Assembly: GCA_013239625.1 (NCBI GenBank)
Contig: MU054001.1
Span: 5,062,167 to 5,126,166, forward strand
Source of the DNA: Lama guanicoe
Lineage: Eukaryota
Reading direction: 5' to 3'
Length of the DNA: 64,000 nt
The translations under genes and the position numbers were made by a program. The notes under the pieces are model-generated. The model saw only the letters and a program-made list of their open reading frames with translations. It ran no database searches and was not told the DNA's origin. The number at the start of each line of letters is the position of its first letter. Within the stretch, counting starts at the first letter, position 1. Positions 36,089 to 48,750 of this stretch are shown piece after piece.

Positions 36089-36959
36089 TGTAAGCATTAT
36101 AATATATTATTTTTGTGTTACAATATTGAAAATAAAACAGTACGAGTCTAAGATAAAAAGTGCTCACATTTCTATTACCTAATCGAATCAGTGTTTTTAT
36201 TTGTATATATTACAACCCTTTTCTATCTGGTTACTTCACTGGTAAATATTTGCAGAATTGTTGTAGATAACATTTTATCTCTTGCAATTTCACTTATCAT
36301 GCTAATTTTTTTCCATTCTGTAATGGACCTTTTATTCTTTCTATACCCTCTCCTCTTGCCTCCTTTCCCTCATCTCTCCCTCCCTTCCTTGATGGAGATA
36401 ATCAAGGTAACTGCCTAGTGTCTGTACTTCCAGGTCTTTCTCCAAGCTCAACATTTACAAACATACATACTCTAATGTGGGCTTTTTCTTTTGGGCTATT
36501 TTTTTCTCCAAAATGAGACTTTATATATTTCTCTATAGCTTCCTTTTTTCGCCCTGACTTAATACATTGTGGTAGCACTTAATACATTGTGGTTCTTCCT
36601 CCTCACTTAATACCTTGTGTGCAAAAAAATATAGATGCAATTTAGGGTTTAATTTTTTGTGTTTTTTATGTTTCAATTGTCAATCCCCCTGGAGTTTCTT
36701 GTAAATTGTGTCAGACAGAGGTCTCACTTTGTTTTCTTTCAGGCAGGTAGTCAATTATGCTAGTTCAGTTTATTAATGAAAACATTCCAATCATTCCTGC
36801 AGCTGCCCAGATCCCTGGGAGCCAAAGGTGGGAATATTTCCTGGTTTGTCGTCCCATCATTAGCCTCTGGAGTCTGCAGCCTTTAGAGGGCATCTGGTCT
36901 GGTACCTGCATCTTACAGACGACCACAGTGAAACCCAGAGAAGTCAACAGGGTGGAGAG

Positions 36960-37160
36960 ATCATGGTGATGTCACAGGAAAAACTCAGGGCCTGGGGTCA
37001 ACCAGACCTGAGTGTAAATCCCGGTTCTGATGCTTTTTAGCTCTGTGACCTCAGCTAAATTATCCAATCTCCTTGAGACTCAATTTTCTCATCTGAGACA
37101 TGGATATTCTAATACCTACCTGGCAGTGGGGTAGAAATACCATATATACAGTGCTCGACA
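36960..37160 (+). mobile_element. MIR SINE
   Basis: cagacctgagtgtaaatcccggttctg...ctctgtgacctcagc...ctcaattttctcatctg...aatacctacct. Confidence 0.75.
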
Positions 37161-37229
37161 CACAAAGAACCACCCTAGGACTTTCGCCAGCTATCCTGAT
37201 TTTTAATCGAGTTCTCTTTCATTGGCTCG

Positions 37230-37517
37230 ATGTTCCCTAAAATATCATACAAGTAATTTCAGGAGGTGCAGAGATGGATCTTTTTATTTTAATAACTATG
37301 CAATTGTTAGACAATGACCTTCTTTGGATGGCAAATGATACTTTTTTTTTTCATTTACAGAAGTATTATGAAGTTCATTTTCAAAGTTAAATGTACTTAA
37401 GGTCTAAAGTTAGTTGATTTACAAAAATTATTAAGTACTTAGTAGTAGAGGTGGTGTAAGAATACGGCAGAGTTTTGCAGGTAGCCTGCTAATGGCTGAA
37501 GGTTTTTTTGTGCCATT
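37230..37517. mobile_element. MER113-like hAT-Charlie remnant
   Basis: aaaattattaagtacttagtagtagaggtggtgtaagaatacggcag...gcaggtagcctgctaatggctgaagg resembles the MER113 terminus; a second similar remnant may lie at ~58000-58190. Confidence 0.45.
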
Positions 37518-37713
37518 TATCCCTTGGGATCAGGCAGTGCTGTCCTCAGAGTGGGGGGGATGGTCTCGGCTGTGCAGATAAGGACATCAGCACCTCCCGT
37601 GTGGCTCCTCCTCCATGGGGTCCACCCTGCACATCCTCACAAGACAACAGCTTCCAATGGCTTTTGTTCTCACTGTTAAAATAGAACAATGAGCTCCCAG
37701 GCGCACAGGGTCT

Positions 37714-37718
<5 letters not shown>

Positions 37719-37766
<48 letters not shown>
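37719..37766. repeat. (TG)24 microsatellite
   Basis: Directly visible perfect array. Confidence 0.97.
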
Positions 37767-37768
<2 letters not shown>

Positions 37769-38539
37769 GGTGGAAATCTTCCCAGGCAGAGGGATAGTCA
37801 AAGAGGTGGGAATAACTTTGAGTCTCCACGGCTGTCTGGGGTTCCCTGGAGGGAAAATTACAAAGTGGAGAGCAGGCAGGAGGCTGGAGATGTGAGCAGC
37901 CCCCGAGGGCCTGTCCGGGTGATGGGCACGGTGGGATATCCACGGCAGGATAGCGCACACTCCCTGACCTCCCTGAAGGAGCTGCAGTAACTGCCCGGCA
38001 TACAGGTGCAATGGGATGAGAGCCACGCAGAGCGGAGGCCCTGAGGAGAGAAGATTAGCTGTTATGGGCAGTGAGTGGGCATCATGGAGGCCTTCTTGAA
38101 CTTGGTGGTTTGAGTAAGGCAATGGGTTTGAGTACATGTCAACCAGCAGAGATGGAGGCTTCCTATGGAGGCCCATGTGAGCATCTGGAATTCTTGGACC
38201 AGGGCCCCTTTAACACAGCCCCTGGAAGAGAGGTTCCCTGCAAGGGGACCAAGGGATTTGCCTGAGAGCCAGGTTAACACAGAAGTAAAGCCAGACTTGA
38301 GTCTGGGGTCCTGAGCTCGAAAGGGAGTCAAGAGGAAAGATTATCAGACATTCCCTGCTCCTCCATTCTGCCCTGGGACACAATTAGCTTGGAGCCAAAC
38401 TCTGGGGTGTTTGTGAAATTTCCTTTTTCAAAATTCTGTCCATCCAATCTATATTTCTATTCTGGGGCCAGGACCAGGGCCAACATATATTGAGGGGTTA
38501 CTCTCTGCAGATGTTACTTTAAATGTATTGCATATTTTA

Positions 38540-38725
38540 ACTCATTTACTACTTGTAGAAATACCTATAATAACAAGGGTTATAATTTTCTTTATACGTA
38601 TTTTACATGTGATGAAACTGAGGCACAGAGAGATTAAGTCACCTGCCCAAGAACACACAGCTAGTGAGTGGTTGGGCTGAGGTTTGAGCCTACATGGTGT
38701 GGCTCTAGACTCTCTTGAGCTATGA
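38540..38725 (-). mobile_element. MIR SINE
   Basis: gatgaaactgaggcacagagagattaagtcacctgcccaagaacacacagctagtgagtgg is a well-preserved core. Confidence 0.85.
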
Positions 38726-38935
38726 CGGAGCTGCAGTCTTCTGCTAGGGTGTTCAGTTCTTAAGGGTGCAAAGAAGCCCAGATATACTGTTCTGTCTGCT
38801 GCTGCTTCAGAGCCAGGAAAGGACCAATGTTGTCTGCTGTACTGTGACACATGGAGTCCTCTTGCTGCAAATGATGTATTGCTTTTTTACTCAGATGAAA
38901 ACAGGTTAAGACTTTGGTATCAAATTCTATTGTGT

Positions 38936-39066
38936 GGGGGAGGGGATAGCTCAGTGGTAGAGCACGTGCTGAGTGTGCATAAGGTCCTAGGTTCAATCCC
39001 CAGTACCTCCTCTAAAAATAAATAAACCTAATTACCCCTCCAAATAAATAAATTAATTAAAAAAAA
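38936..39066 (+). mobile_element. tRNA-Ala-derived camelid SINE (Vic-1 type), long form
   Basis: ggggaggggatagctcagtggtagagc...ggttcaatccccagtacctcc, then aaataaacctaattacccct and an A-rich tail; approximate TSD caaattctattgtgt / caagtctattttgt. Confidence 0.9.
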
Positions 39067-39083
39067 CAAGTCTATTTTGTGTT

Positions 39084-39865
39084 TGTGAGTGGTGGTGATG
39101 AGGTTCTCTGACACCAGCTGGGTATCCTATAATTCAACTTAATTCTGGCACTATCTACCTATCTACCCGGAGACAGCATCAGATTCCACAGGTAAAGGGA
39201 TCAGTCCCACAAGACTGCCTCTCTCTTTAGGTGCCAATTGCAAGTCCAGGTTGTCATTTGTGCTTCTGATCAAATGGCAATAAATCAAGTTCCTTCTCCT
39301 TGGGTTCAATTAATTTGCTTGAGTGACCCACAGAATTCAGAGCAACATTTTTCTTATGAGATTCTTGGTTTATCATAAAAGGATATAACTCAGAAACAGC
39401 CAGATGGAAGAGATACACAGGGCAAGGTGTATGAGAAGGAGTATGGAGCTTCCATGTCCTCCCCACACCCACCACTCTCCCCTAAATCTCCCTGTGTTCA
39501 CCTACCCAGAAGCTCTCTGAACTCCACCCTTTGCGGATTGTATGGGGGCTTTGCTTGTAGGCTCGATTGATTCAATCATTGGCCGTTGGTGATTGAACTC
39601 AGTCTCCAGCCCATCCCCTTTCCCCTCCCCAGAGGTCAGGGGGGCGAGGGTGAACGTTCCAACCCTGTAATCACCTTGGTGGTACTCAGGGCTACCAGCC
39701 CCCATTCTTAAGTGCTTACTAAAAGTCATCTCATTAACATGATAAAAGGTCCCCTTACTGCTCTCCTCACCTAAGAAATTCCAAGGGTTTTAGGAGCTCT
39801 GTGCCAGAAACTGGGATGAAAACCAAATATATATTATATTTCATATTATAAATCACAATATCTCA
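39084..39865 (-). mobile_element. MER21-family solo LTR
   Basis: Reverse strand begins tgagatattgtgatttataat...ctggcacagagctcctaaaacccttggaatttc; gacaccagctggg near the other end. Confidence 0.85.
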
Positions 39866-40294
39866 ACAGGGCTCCCTGGAAAGGGGGTCTCCTTTTCACT
39901 TCATTATCAGCAGTTAAAATTCAAGACCGAGTTCTGCCTCCTGCCTGCCCCATGACTCTGACTCTAGTCAAAGGTTCCACGTCCTTTGCTGGGGGCTCCA
40001 CATCCCTGCTTCAGAGCATCACATGGGGACAGCACAGGCCAGCTCTTCACCCTCCTGTCTGCCTGTGTAACACTGGTCTCGTGCTTACTCTCAGGCTGTG
40101 GGCGTGTGGGGCAGGGCAGAGGGAGGGCTTCAGGGGGAAGGTAGCAGGACCATGCCACAACACTAGTTCCCATCCGAGGAGCATCACTCAGGAGTTACAG
40201 CTCAAACCCATGTCCTCAAGAGCTGAAAAGAAAATGGAAAGTCAGTGTGGAACTCAGATGGAGGGAGTGCCACAGTGGATGGCTCTTAGGGAGG

Positions 40295-40880
40295 GTGTTT
40301 TCATGTATTTGACAAATACTTGTTGGGCATCCACTGTCTGAGGAAGCACTGGTCTCTGCCCTGCCGATGTGGCAGTTTCCCAGACAGGGCCTGTGTTCCA
40401 GTGCAGAAGACAGGGAGCAAATAATTAAAAACACAGAAAAGGATAAAAATGCATCATGAGAAAGAGTTTGAAGGAAACAAAGCAAATGGAAGCCAAGACT
40501 GCCTGGGCTGGCGGTTGCTTGGACAGTGTGGTCAGAGACGGCTTCTCTGGGGAGGGGTATTGAAGCATCAGCCATGAGAAGACAGATATAGAATGCTCCA
40601 GACAAAACAACAGCAATGTCCCTGACACTGGACTAGGCCAGACTGGTGGAGTCCAGGGGCAAGGATGGCAATGATGGTGAGTGGGGCCAGACCATATGGG
40701 GCCTCAGTGCCAGGACAAAGGCAGAGGATGGGATTCCAGAGGAAGGAGATAAACTCTGCCTTGTGATTTTAAAAGTTCACAGGGGCCACCACGCGAAGAA
40801 TGAACTTGGACTGCAGGTGGACCAGAGAGGCAGTGGGGAGACGGCAGAAGATGGGGCAGGAGGTGGTGTGCTGCCATCTT
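40295..40880 (-). mobile_element. L2 LINE 3' fragment
   Basis: ttcatgtatttgacaaatacttgttgggcatccactg; gtggtcagagacggcttctctggggaggggtattgaagc. Confidence 0.65.
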
Positions 40881-41459
40881 CCAGGGAGGGTTGCTGGGGT
40901 GAGTGTCTGTTGGGAACTGGAAATTCATTTTCCAGTCCCTCTGGTCACTGGCAGGAGCTGCCCTCCCGGAAGTCATGAACCGGGGCCCTCATTGGTGGTG
41001 TGACCAGTGTTGTGGCAGGAGCTGAGGCCACAGGGAAGGCCTGGGCGTGGTGAGGGAGAGCCCCCAAGGGAGCTTCTGGGACTAGATGTCTCTTAGAGGT
41101 CAGCAAGGTGGCCAGCTGCTGCCTCTGTAGCTGTGGGTGGCTTGCTGAGCTGGGATGAGGGAAAGGCATTCTCTCAGACGGGTTGGAGACCCCAACTGCC
41201 CCTGCCATGGACACGGGTTCCTGGGATTCTCTGATCCACCAAGAGAGAGGCTGGCATCAGTGTGCCCAGCCAACTGGCAAAATGCTCCCTTCTGGTTCCT
41301 TACCTTGGCTCAGCCATTTCCCAGCTGTGTGAAATGGAGAAACAGTTGCGTTGAGCAGCAGGAGATAAAGACTCGCCTGTGAACTGCTCTTCTGTAATAT
41401 GGCTTTCAACCTACTACTCAGTAAGTTAGGAGGGAGTGACCAGGGTGGAAATGCTCTCA

Positions 41460-41680
41460 GTATTATTATTTTTAATTTAATTATTATTTACTGAGCACTG
41501 ACTAAGTGCTAGCAGCCACCAGTACTTTATGTATATGACCTCATTTGATTTTCACAGCAGCCTATAAACTACATACTGTTCTTACTCCTATTTTACAGAT
41601 GTGGAAACAGAGTCTAGGGTCACAATACTGGTCAGTGTACAAACCAGTATCAGGCCTCAGGCAGTCTGGCTGCAGGCGTA
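41460..41680 (-). mobile_element. MIR SINE
   Basis: atttactgagcactgactaagtgc...ctcatttgattttcacagcagcc...cctattttacagatgtggaaacagag. Confidence 0.8.
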
Positions 41681-41915
41681 GCATAGGTGGGCAAGGGAGC
41701 CCCTTGGGGGTGGAACAGGGCCCTTTGAGGGTGTTATTTGGAGATTTTGCACCAGTTCAATTGATGAGATTAGTCGGGGAGGACCGAGGTTGAGATAACC
41801 TAGGAATGCCAGGAACCAGGGTACAGAAGGAGGATTCTACCAGAGAACAGCACAAAACAGACGGGAGCCACAGGACCTTCCAGCAGGAGCAGGTGGGGCA
41901 GGTGGAGTGGGGTGC

Positions 41916-42370
41916 TGCCAGGGACATCAGTTATTTCTGCCTACCCTGTACTAATTCTTCTCCCTCATTTTTCCTTAAAGGATCTGACTCTTTCCCACTT
42001 TTATCCAGTAGGTATGGCTGAGAATGACTACATCCTCAGCTCAGGGGTGGGCTCAGGGCCCAGGTGTGGTCAGTAAGAGTGATAGTCAGGACTTCTATGG
42101 AATTATCAAGAAAGAAGTGTTCTTCTTCTGTTGGGGGCCCTAAGTTGGTGGGATGTGAGCCTGGAGGTGTTGCTGGCCATACTGACTGAGAATCAAGCCA
42201 ACCCTGAAGAAAGCAGAGCTGAGATACAGCAAAAGACAGGTTCCTGACAAGATTGCTGGATCCAACTATACCTGCAGTACTCCTGGACATTTTGGATGTG
42301 CTAAAATTATTTCTAGTACCGATGAAGTCTGTTTGAGTTGGATTACTGTCACTTGCAGGTGAAAGACACA
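41916..42370 (+). mobile_element. MLT1K-like MaLR LTR
   Basis: ggatgtgagcctggaggtgttgctggccat...gagaatcaagccaac...agcagagctgagatac...gtttgagttggattactgtcacttgca. Confidence 0.7.
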
Positions 42371-42509
42371 AGTGCTCCTCTCCCAAGCCAGTCAATTTCA
42401 TTCCAGTGGGGACTCAGCATGTGTCTACCCCTCCTCTTGGACTCTCCAGTCAAGAGTATGTGTTTGTATGGGTATGTGTCTCTGTCTTTGCATCTTTGTG
42501 TGCATAGGT

Positions 42510-42591
42510 GTCTGAATGCTTTCACTCCCTTCTTTCTCTGCCCAGGGATGACTGTGTTTAGCAATCACAGAGCTTTCCTCCGAGTTCTACT
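42510..42591 (+). repeat. Dispersed direct repeat, copy 1 (partner at 44349-44428)
   Basis: Hand alignment gives 71/82 identity (9 substitutions and a 2-nt indel). Confidence 0.9.
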
Positions 42592-43579
42592 TTCTGAATG
42601 TTAGAGCTGGAAAGGACCCCATATTCATGCAGAGAATTGAAAATGGTAGTGGGGGCTCTCAGTTTCTGAGCACTTCCCAGGGAATGATCAAAATAGCCAC
42701 CATCACTCAAGTGATTATTCTGGGCTAGTCATACTGGGCATGTCATGGTAGCAAATTCTTACTCCTCACTGTAGGTATGTGGTAGGTATCACAAAGGAAA
42801 ATCAGAGATCAGGGAAGTTAAGTAACCTGGGTAGGGTCATAGAGAAGGCAGCACAAAAGGGATTTTGGTCTTGGTCTTTCTGATTCCATTTCCATCAGAT
42901 AGCAGGTAGGACCAACTATCTTTTGGAATCCTTCCACCTCTACCCTTCTGTGGGTCTTCACACAACCTTTCTGGACTATTTCTCCACTGTCCTCCTTCTC
43001 TCCCTTGAACTTGGTCAGGACTATACTCCTTTGCTGCAGAAATGGTCCAGAGATCAGCCTAAGTGCTTTTTGCCACTCATGGCAAGTTTCAAAATTGTCC
43101 AGTCCAACTGCAGATTGAGGGTGGTCAGAGGAGAGTAGCCATGGCAACCACTGCCAACAAGGACAGGTGCAATTTAACCTCAATTAATGGTCTCTCTATG
43201 CACGGTTATAATTTAGTGTAAGAAGGCAAAAGTGGCAAGAAAAAAGCTGAATTAAGATTCCTAGTGGGTTGATGGTAATTACCAAATAATCGTTACGGGA
43301 ATGAATGAGGTTCTTCAATTATTTCTTTTCAAAAAAATCTTTGGGAATGAAGATCAAGGTCTCATTTCCATTAGTAAAATCCCCAAGAGCCACAGATCCA
43401 CAAGGTGTTGGAGCAGGGGCTCTGGAGATCAGCTGAGTCTAACCCCTGCCCACGATCAATAAACCACCCTAAGTAAGACTTAAAGACAGTCAGACCATCA
43501 CCCAGGTTCTGCTTGCACACCCTCAGCAGTGGGAGGCTCACACCTAGAGTTGAAACTGAATCCATTATTTCTAGATGGC

Positions 43580-43815
43580 TCTTTGGTATTAAGAGCATGG
43601 GTTCTAGAGTTCAACTCTCTGGATTCAGATCCTGGATCTACCGCTGGCTTGCCTGCTTCTGTTTCCTCATCTGTAGGATGACAGTAATTGTGGTGTCTAC
43701 AACTCAGGTTGTTGTAAGTACTCAGAAAGGTAATACACGCCAAGCATCTGGCCATGGGAAGCCCCTGGTGAGTGTTACCTGGGATTGTTGTTGTTTTTGT
43801 TACTATTATTACAAT
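43580..43815 (+). mobile_element. MIR SINE
   Basis: ttaagagcatgggttctagag...ggattcagatcctggatctacc...tgtttcctcatctgtaggatg. Confidence 0.75.
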
Positions 43816-44091
43816 TATTCTCATCTTAGGTGAGCTCTGCCTCACTGTAGGATGCTTGACATCACAGAGCCTTTTCTGTGAGAGTTAGCCATGCTTCTAG
43901 GGTCCTCACGCCACCTCCCACCAGGGCAGCCTCAGTTTTGTCTGTGTCCCACTTTTGGCTTCTACTGATACTTTAATTCTGAAGGAAGATTCTGTAGCTA
44001 AGCTCTTTGATAACAACTGATCTTGCCTGACTCCCTTTTACAGCTGAGGAAATTGAAGAGCAGAGATGGAAAGTCCATAATGTTCCCAGGT

Positions 44092-44242
44092 TAGGCTGCC
44101 AGATTTAACCATGAATATACAGGATGCCCAGTTCAATTTGAATGTCAGATAAATACTTTTTAGCATAAGTACACCCCCCAAATTGCATAAGGGGTACTTA
44201 CTTACCTGTAATTCAGATTCTGTATTGTATCTGGCAGTCCTA
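44092..44242. mobile_element. MER53 (hAT) palindromic MITE nested in a MIR
   Basis: taggctgccagattt...tacaggatgcccagttcaatttgaatgtcagataaa ... atctggcagtccta; TSD tcccaggt / ccccaggt. Confidence 0.85.
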
Positions 44243-44348
44243 TCCCCAGGTCACGTGAAAAGGGGGTTCCAGAGATTGGACCAGGACCCAGATCTTCTGA
44301 GTCTCACTTTGCTATTCTTTTTATCGGACCAGGGGTTTCAAACACACG

Positions 44349-44428
44349 GTCTGTGTGCTTTCACTCCCTTCTTCCTGTGCCCAGGACTGACTGTGTTCAG
44401 CAATCAGAGCTTTCCTCCTAGTTCCACT
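44349..44428 (+). repeat. Dispersed direct repeat, copy 2 (partner at 42510-42591)
   Basis: gtctgtgtgctttcactcccttcttcctgtgcccaggactgactgtgttcagcaatcagagctttcctcctagttccact. Confidence 0.9.
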
Positions 44429-45169
44429 AGGACTGTTTGCAGTCAGCCACAACTACTTGATCAGGGCTGGCCTTCAGTCCCCCTCTTGTCTTATCCAGTG
44501 GTGCCACTTGTGTCTGACCCTTTCCACACTGTGAGCCCTGTGCCTGGGTCCTAGAACGGAATCAATAAAGAGTTGCCAGATGAGGAATCACAGCCTCCAG
44601 TGGGCTTCTGGATGAGAAATCACATCTGGTGCTCTTTTCCCAAGTAGGAGCCATGCAAATGAAACCAGTAAGAACCAGGTTCAGCCCTGGCATGAGGCAG
44701 GGGAAGGCCTTCCCACATTTGAAGCCAAGCTGGGCCTCTTCATTCCTGGTGCTCACCTCTGGCCATGGGCCCTGGCAGGTGTGTGGGTGAAGTGGGCAGG
44801 GTGGGGGCCAGGACAAACAGCTGGCATGTGCCCTGTGCCCTTTAGGCCCTGTGCCCTTTGCCCTCTGGGCGTGGAAGCCTGGGATTGCCAGATCTTCCTG
44901 TTTATCTAAAGAAGCCCAACTCTGTAAGTTTACAAGAAATCTCCCGTTTTATAAATAACATTTTCCCAAAGACTTTACATAGGCCTGCCAAACATGGCTA
45001 TCTGCAGCTTCAGGACTTCAGGCAGGTCACAGCCCTTCCTTAACTTTCCTATGGAGAATTCAGCTGCCACCCAGTTCTCAACCACCCCAGGCAGGCCTAC
45101 CTGGAGGCCTCACTTGTGGTTCCCTGCGCAAGGACACTGGGATAAGGTGGCCCCCACCTCCCTCAGAGC

Positions 45170-45860
45170 GACAAAACAGAGAGATTAATAAAGATGCCAG
45201 CCCTGCTGATCTATCATCTTCTGGCACCAAATTACACACGTATCCCATTATCATTACAGAGCTTTTGGGTTAATTGCAAATCAGGGAGTTAAGATTATTA
45301 ATGTGAGTGGAAGCTGACGGGGGTGAGGGGAGGGCTGGACCCAGCTGGCTCTGTCCCGCCCCTGGCTGAAGGGCCCTCCTGCCAGCAGCTGACCTCCTGC
45401 TCCCTCCCACGTGGGTGATGTTCCTGGCCTCCCCGCTATTTCCCTACCCGGCTTGTGCACGTGCCTTCAAACCATTTCCCAGAAACTCTTTGCAGCAGGA
45501 GCATTAAAAAAGCAAATGTGCTCATTACACCTGATGGCGTACAATCCATGCAGAGGAAATTAGTAACGATTAGGGCGTCATTAGAGGGAGATGTCTCTCT
45601 TCACCCAAAATATTGACGGCAAAAAACCCCCAGCAGCGCAGATAACAAATGGAGGAGATTTAGACACACAAAGCACTGTTGTGATGATCAATGCTGTCCC
45701 GAAAGGACCCCAGACGTCGCCAAAACAGAACAGTTAGCAGCTGTTCCAGGTCTTCTGAGCTGTTGCGAAAAAGGATTTGGACGTCCTGATACATTCTTTC
45801 TATCACCGTGTTTTAACCAAACTCCCTGTGACTTAACAGTGCGGTAAAATACTGGAGGGA
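45170..45860. promoter_or_regulatory. Candidate enhancer (CpG-retaining, homeodomain-motif-rich)
   Basis: Repeat-free; about 20 CpGs by eye; gattaat, ttaattg, attattaat, cattac, gattag and agataa motifs. Confidence 0.35.
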
Positions 45861-47214
45861 CGTGGACTTTCAATTTTCAGGGGTCACAAAGGGATGACCT
45901 AAGCTGCATTCAAGTAGAATTTGTTTAGGCTGCCTAGTGCTTTGAAAAAAATTAGACTGGATGGCCTATCTGTACACAAGCATCCAGATTTCTAGTGTCT
46001 CTAGAAAAACTGGACTAATGCTGGGCCTGCATCTCTATACAGAGGAAAGCCAGCTGGAGCTGAGAACTGCCTGCCCTATTAGAATGCCCACCAGTGCTAC
46101 CACGGTTCCTACTTATCCCCGGCAGTATGAGGGAGTGGCCGTTCCCACTTATAGCATTTATTACATGCTATCACTTGGCCCTCTTCCCTCATTGAATGGT
46201 TAACACTTTGGACATTTGGGTTTGTAATCCATGTTCTGGTTTATCCTCTTCCTTAAGACAGGCTACTATTTTTTGAAAACCCAGGTTGGGTTGGGTTCCC
46301 CATTTCCTCAAAATCCTTAGCCTCCTCCCCTGCATCACATGCACCGCCGTCACCAACATCACCAAGCGCCCATAGGATGGAGACTGCTCAGCCATTTAAA
46401 ACCTTTGTGACCTGGACCGTCTTACTTGTCCGACTTCCCCTCTTCCAGTGCTCTGCGTACTTGGACCTCCAGCTGCCCTGGACTGCCTCCCACGGGGATG
46501 TACACAGCTGTTCTTACTGCTCAGAGTGTTGCTGCTACAGTCCCTCCAGCCTGGGAAGCTTATCCCTTGTCACTCCCTGGTGAACTTTTCTCCATCCTTC
46601 AGGCCATCTCCCACGTTCCATACCAGCCCTTCAATCAGAATGGCCCTCCCCAGCTACCCGCGAGCCCTTCTCCGACCTCTCAGCTACCCCCAGGCCTATC
46701 TGCAGGTCTCTCTCTCCCACTAGAGCAGGCACATCCCGAGGGCAGGTTCCCGCCTTCCCATCACAACTTCCCCCATGGATACAGCCAGCTCTGTCTTAGC
46801 AAGGACTTGCCAGAGCTCTATTGAATGGATTCACTTGGCGCCGAATTTCCTTTTCCTCACACAAGTGTGTGATTTCTAATTGAGTTCTCAGACATTGCTG
46901 ATGTTCTGGAAGAGCATTAATTATCACCATGTGCGTTAATGAGGCCCAGTGGTCCTGTCCAGGGCCAACCGGACAGGGGGCTTCAGGTCTCCAGCTTCTT
47001 GCTCTAATCTGGCTGTTCGCTTTCAAGACCCTCTCTTCCCAAGGTCCGCATGCTGCCAAGGGGTCTTCCATTCGCCCAGATTAATCAATTAAATACAAAA
47101 TACATTTACCAAGCTATTAGGATAGTTGATGAGAAAAGAACAGAGTTGGTTTAAATCGATCACCTAAAATGTATTGAACAACCACCATGCTGTATGTTGC
47201 AAGGCGGTTTCAGA

Positions 47215-47766
47215 ATGGGACTCATACACTGATCTTACATGTGCACAGTTTTTCACAAACTACACTCACCTGTGTAACAGCACCTAGATGAAGAATCAGA
47301 AGATGGCAAAACCCCCAAATCCCCTGCTGGCTCCCAGTCACAACCGTCCCCTAAGAGTAACCACAACATTGACTTCTAATGGGATAGAATAGTTTTCCCT
47401 GTGTTTGTATTTTTGTATAAATGGAGTCATACGGCTGCCCGTTTTGTTTCTTTCACTCAGTACTATGCTTGTAAGATTCATCTATATTTTTGTATGTTAT
47501 TGTATCATTGATTCCCACTGCCTTGTAGTAGAAGTTACGATGTGAAGGTACCACCATTTATTTAGCTGTTCTATCATTTATGGACATTTGGATTTTTGCT
47601 CCCAGTTCTGGGCTGCTATGAACATTTTAGTCCACATGTGATAGTGAACACATGTATACATTTCTGCTGGAGAATTCCTAAGAGTGGAATTGCTGGGTCA
47701 CAGATTAGTGCATATTCAGATTTGGTGCTTACTGCCAAAAAGTTTTCCAAAGTGGTTGTTACTCAT
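47215..47766 (-). mobile_element. Old L1 (L1ME-class) 3' fragment
   Basis: gtaaccacaacattgacttctaa...tataaatggagtcatac...ttcactcagtactatgcttgtaagattcatc...gagtggaattgctgggtca...ttttccaaagtggttgt. Confidence 0.85.
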
Positions 47767-48003
47767 TAATTTTTAAGATTTATTCCTTCTTTAATGAATT
47801 CTTCCAATAATGACTTCACACCTGCTTTGTGTAAGCCATTGTGCTGACTGATGCAGAAAATATAAAGCTGGATAAGAACTAGTCATGACATTCACCTACT
47901 TTAAAACTGTCAGTGGATAGTCACTGTCTGTAGGATAAAATCTAAACACTTGACTTGGCACATGAAACACTCATCAGTCTAGAGTCAAGTTATTTCACCA
48001 GGC

Positions 48004-48345
48004 CAGGGATCTGAAACTCAAAAGCCTTCAAGGACCAGTCAGGTAATGTGAATGAATGCAGAGAGCTGGGGAGTGTCGGGGAGGGAAGGGCTGTGAGGCA
48101 TGGGGCTCCCTTATCCCACCCACCAGGGGTAGAAATGGTGGATTTCAGCTGATTACTGACACAAGGGAATGTGGGGCTACAACGCCACATCTGGTGTTTC
48201 CATGGAAGCTGGATATCTGGGTTTGATGTAAAATTCCTACATCTTAAAAGTTGAAAACTAATTTAAAAATTAAAATACTATGCTGGTCAAACAAAATGCA
48301 GGTGTAAGCAAGATGTGGGTACAGATTACCAGTGTGCAAACTATG
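48004..48345 (-). mobile_element. MER102 (hAT-Charlie) nested in L2
   Basis: cagggatctgaaactcaaaagccttcaaggaccagtcaggtaatgtgaatga ... gctggtcaaacaaaatgca...ccagtgtgcaaactatg. Confidence 0.7.
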
Positions 48346-48349
48346 TACC

Positions 48350-48750
48350 GAACTTTTGTTCTAGAGCTTTCCCTCCATCCTCTTATACCCCCTCCAACCC
48401 CAACACACAATTAGGCCCTTCTTTTTCACACTTCTGGGGCTTGCACATCCCATTCCATTGCCCTGAGAGGCCCCTTCCCCTCTTCTTCACCTGGCAAATG
48501 CCCCCTGTTCTTTGAGGCCCAGTTCATATGCAACCCTCTGCCTGGAGCCCTCCTCCTCTCTCATGGAAATGTCCAAACCACCGTGTCTTGTTCCTCTATC
48601 CTACTTTTGTCTCACTGTAACACAGCACTTGATCACTTCTCTATTTTCCACACTTGCCCCTATAGGGCTAAGACTTGAAAGCTTGCTTGTTTTGTGTCTC
48701 CAGCCTCTGGCTCACAGGAAGGTTCCATGAGCGTTTACTGAGTGAACCAA
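48350..48750 (+). mobile_element. L2 LINE 3' end
   Basis: ttgaggcccagttcatatgcaaccctct...gcctctggctcacaggaaggttccatgagcgtttactgagtgaa. Confidence 0.65.

Noticed and set aside
44830..44859. Tandem gccctgtgcccttt x2, and the 12-bp palindrome ttgactagtcaa near 50992
   Set aside because: Small slippage or chance features of the kind expected in 64 kb.
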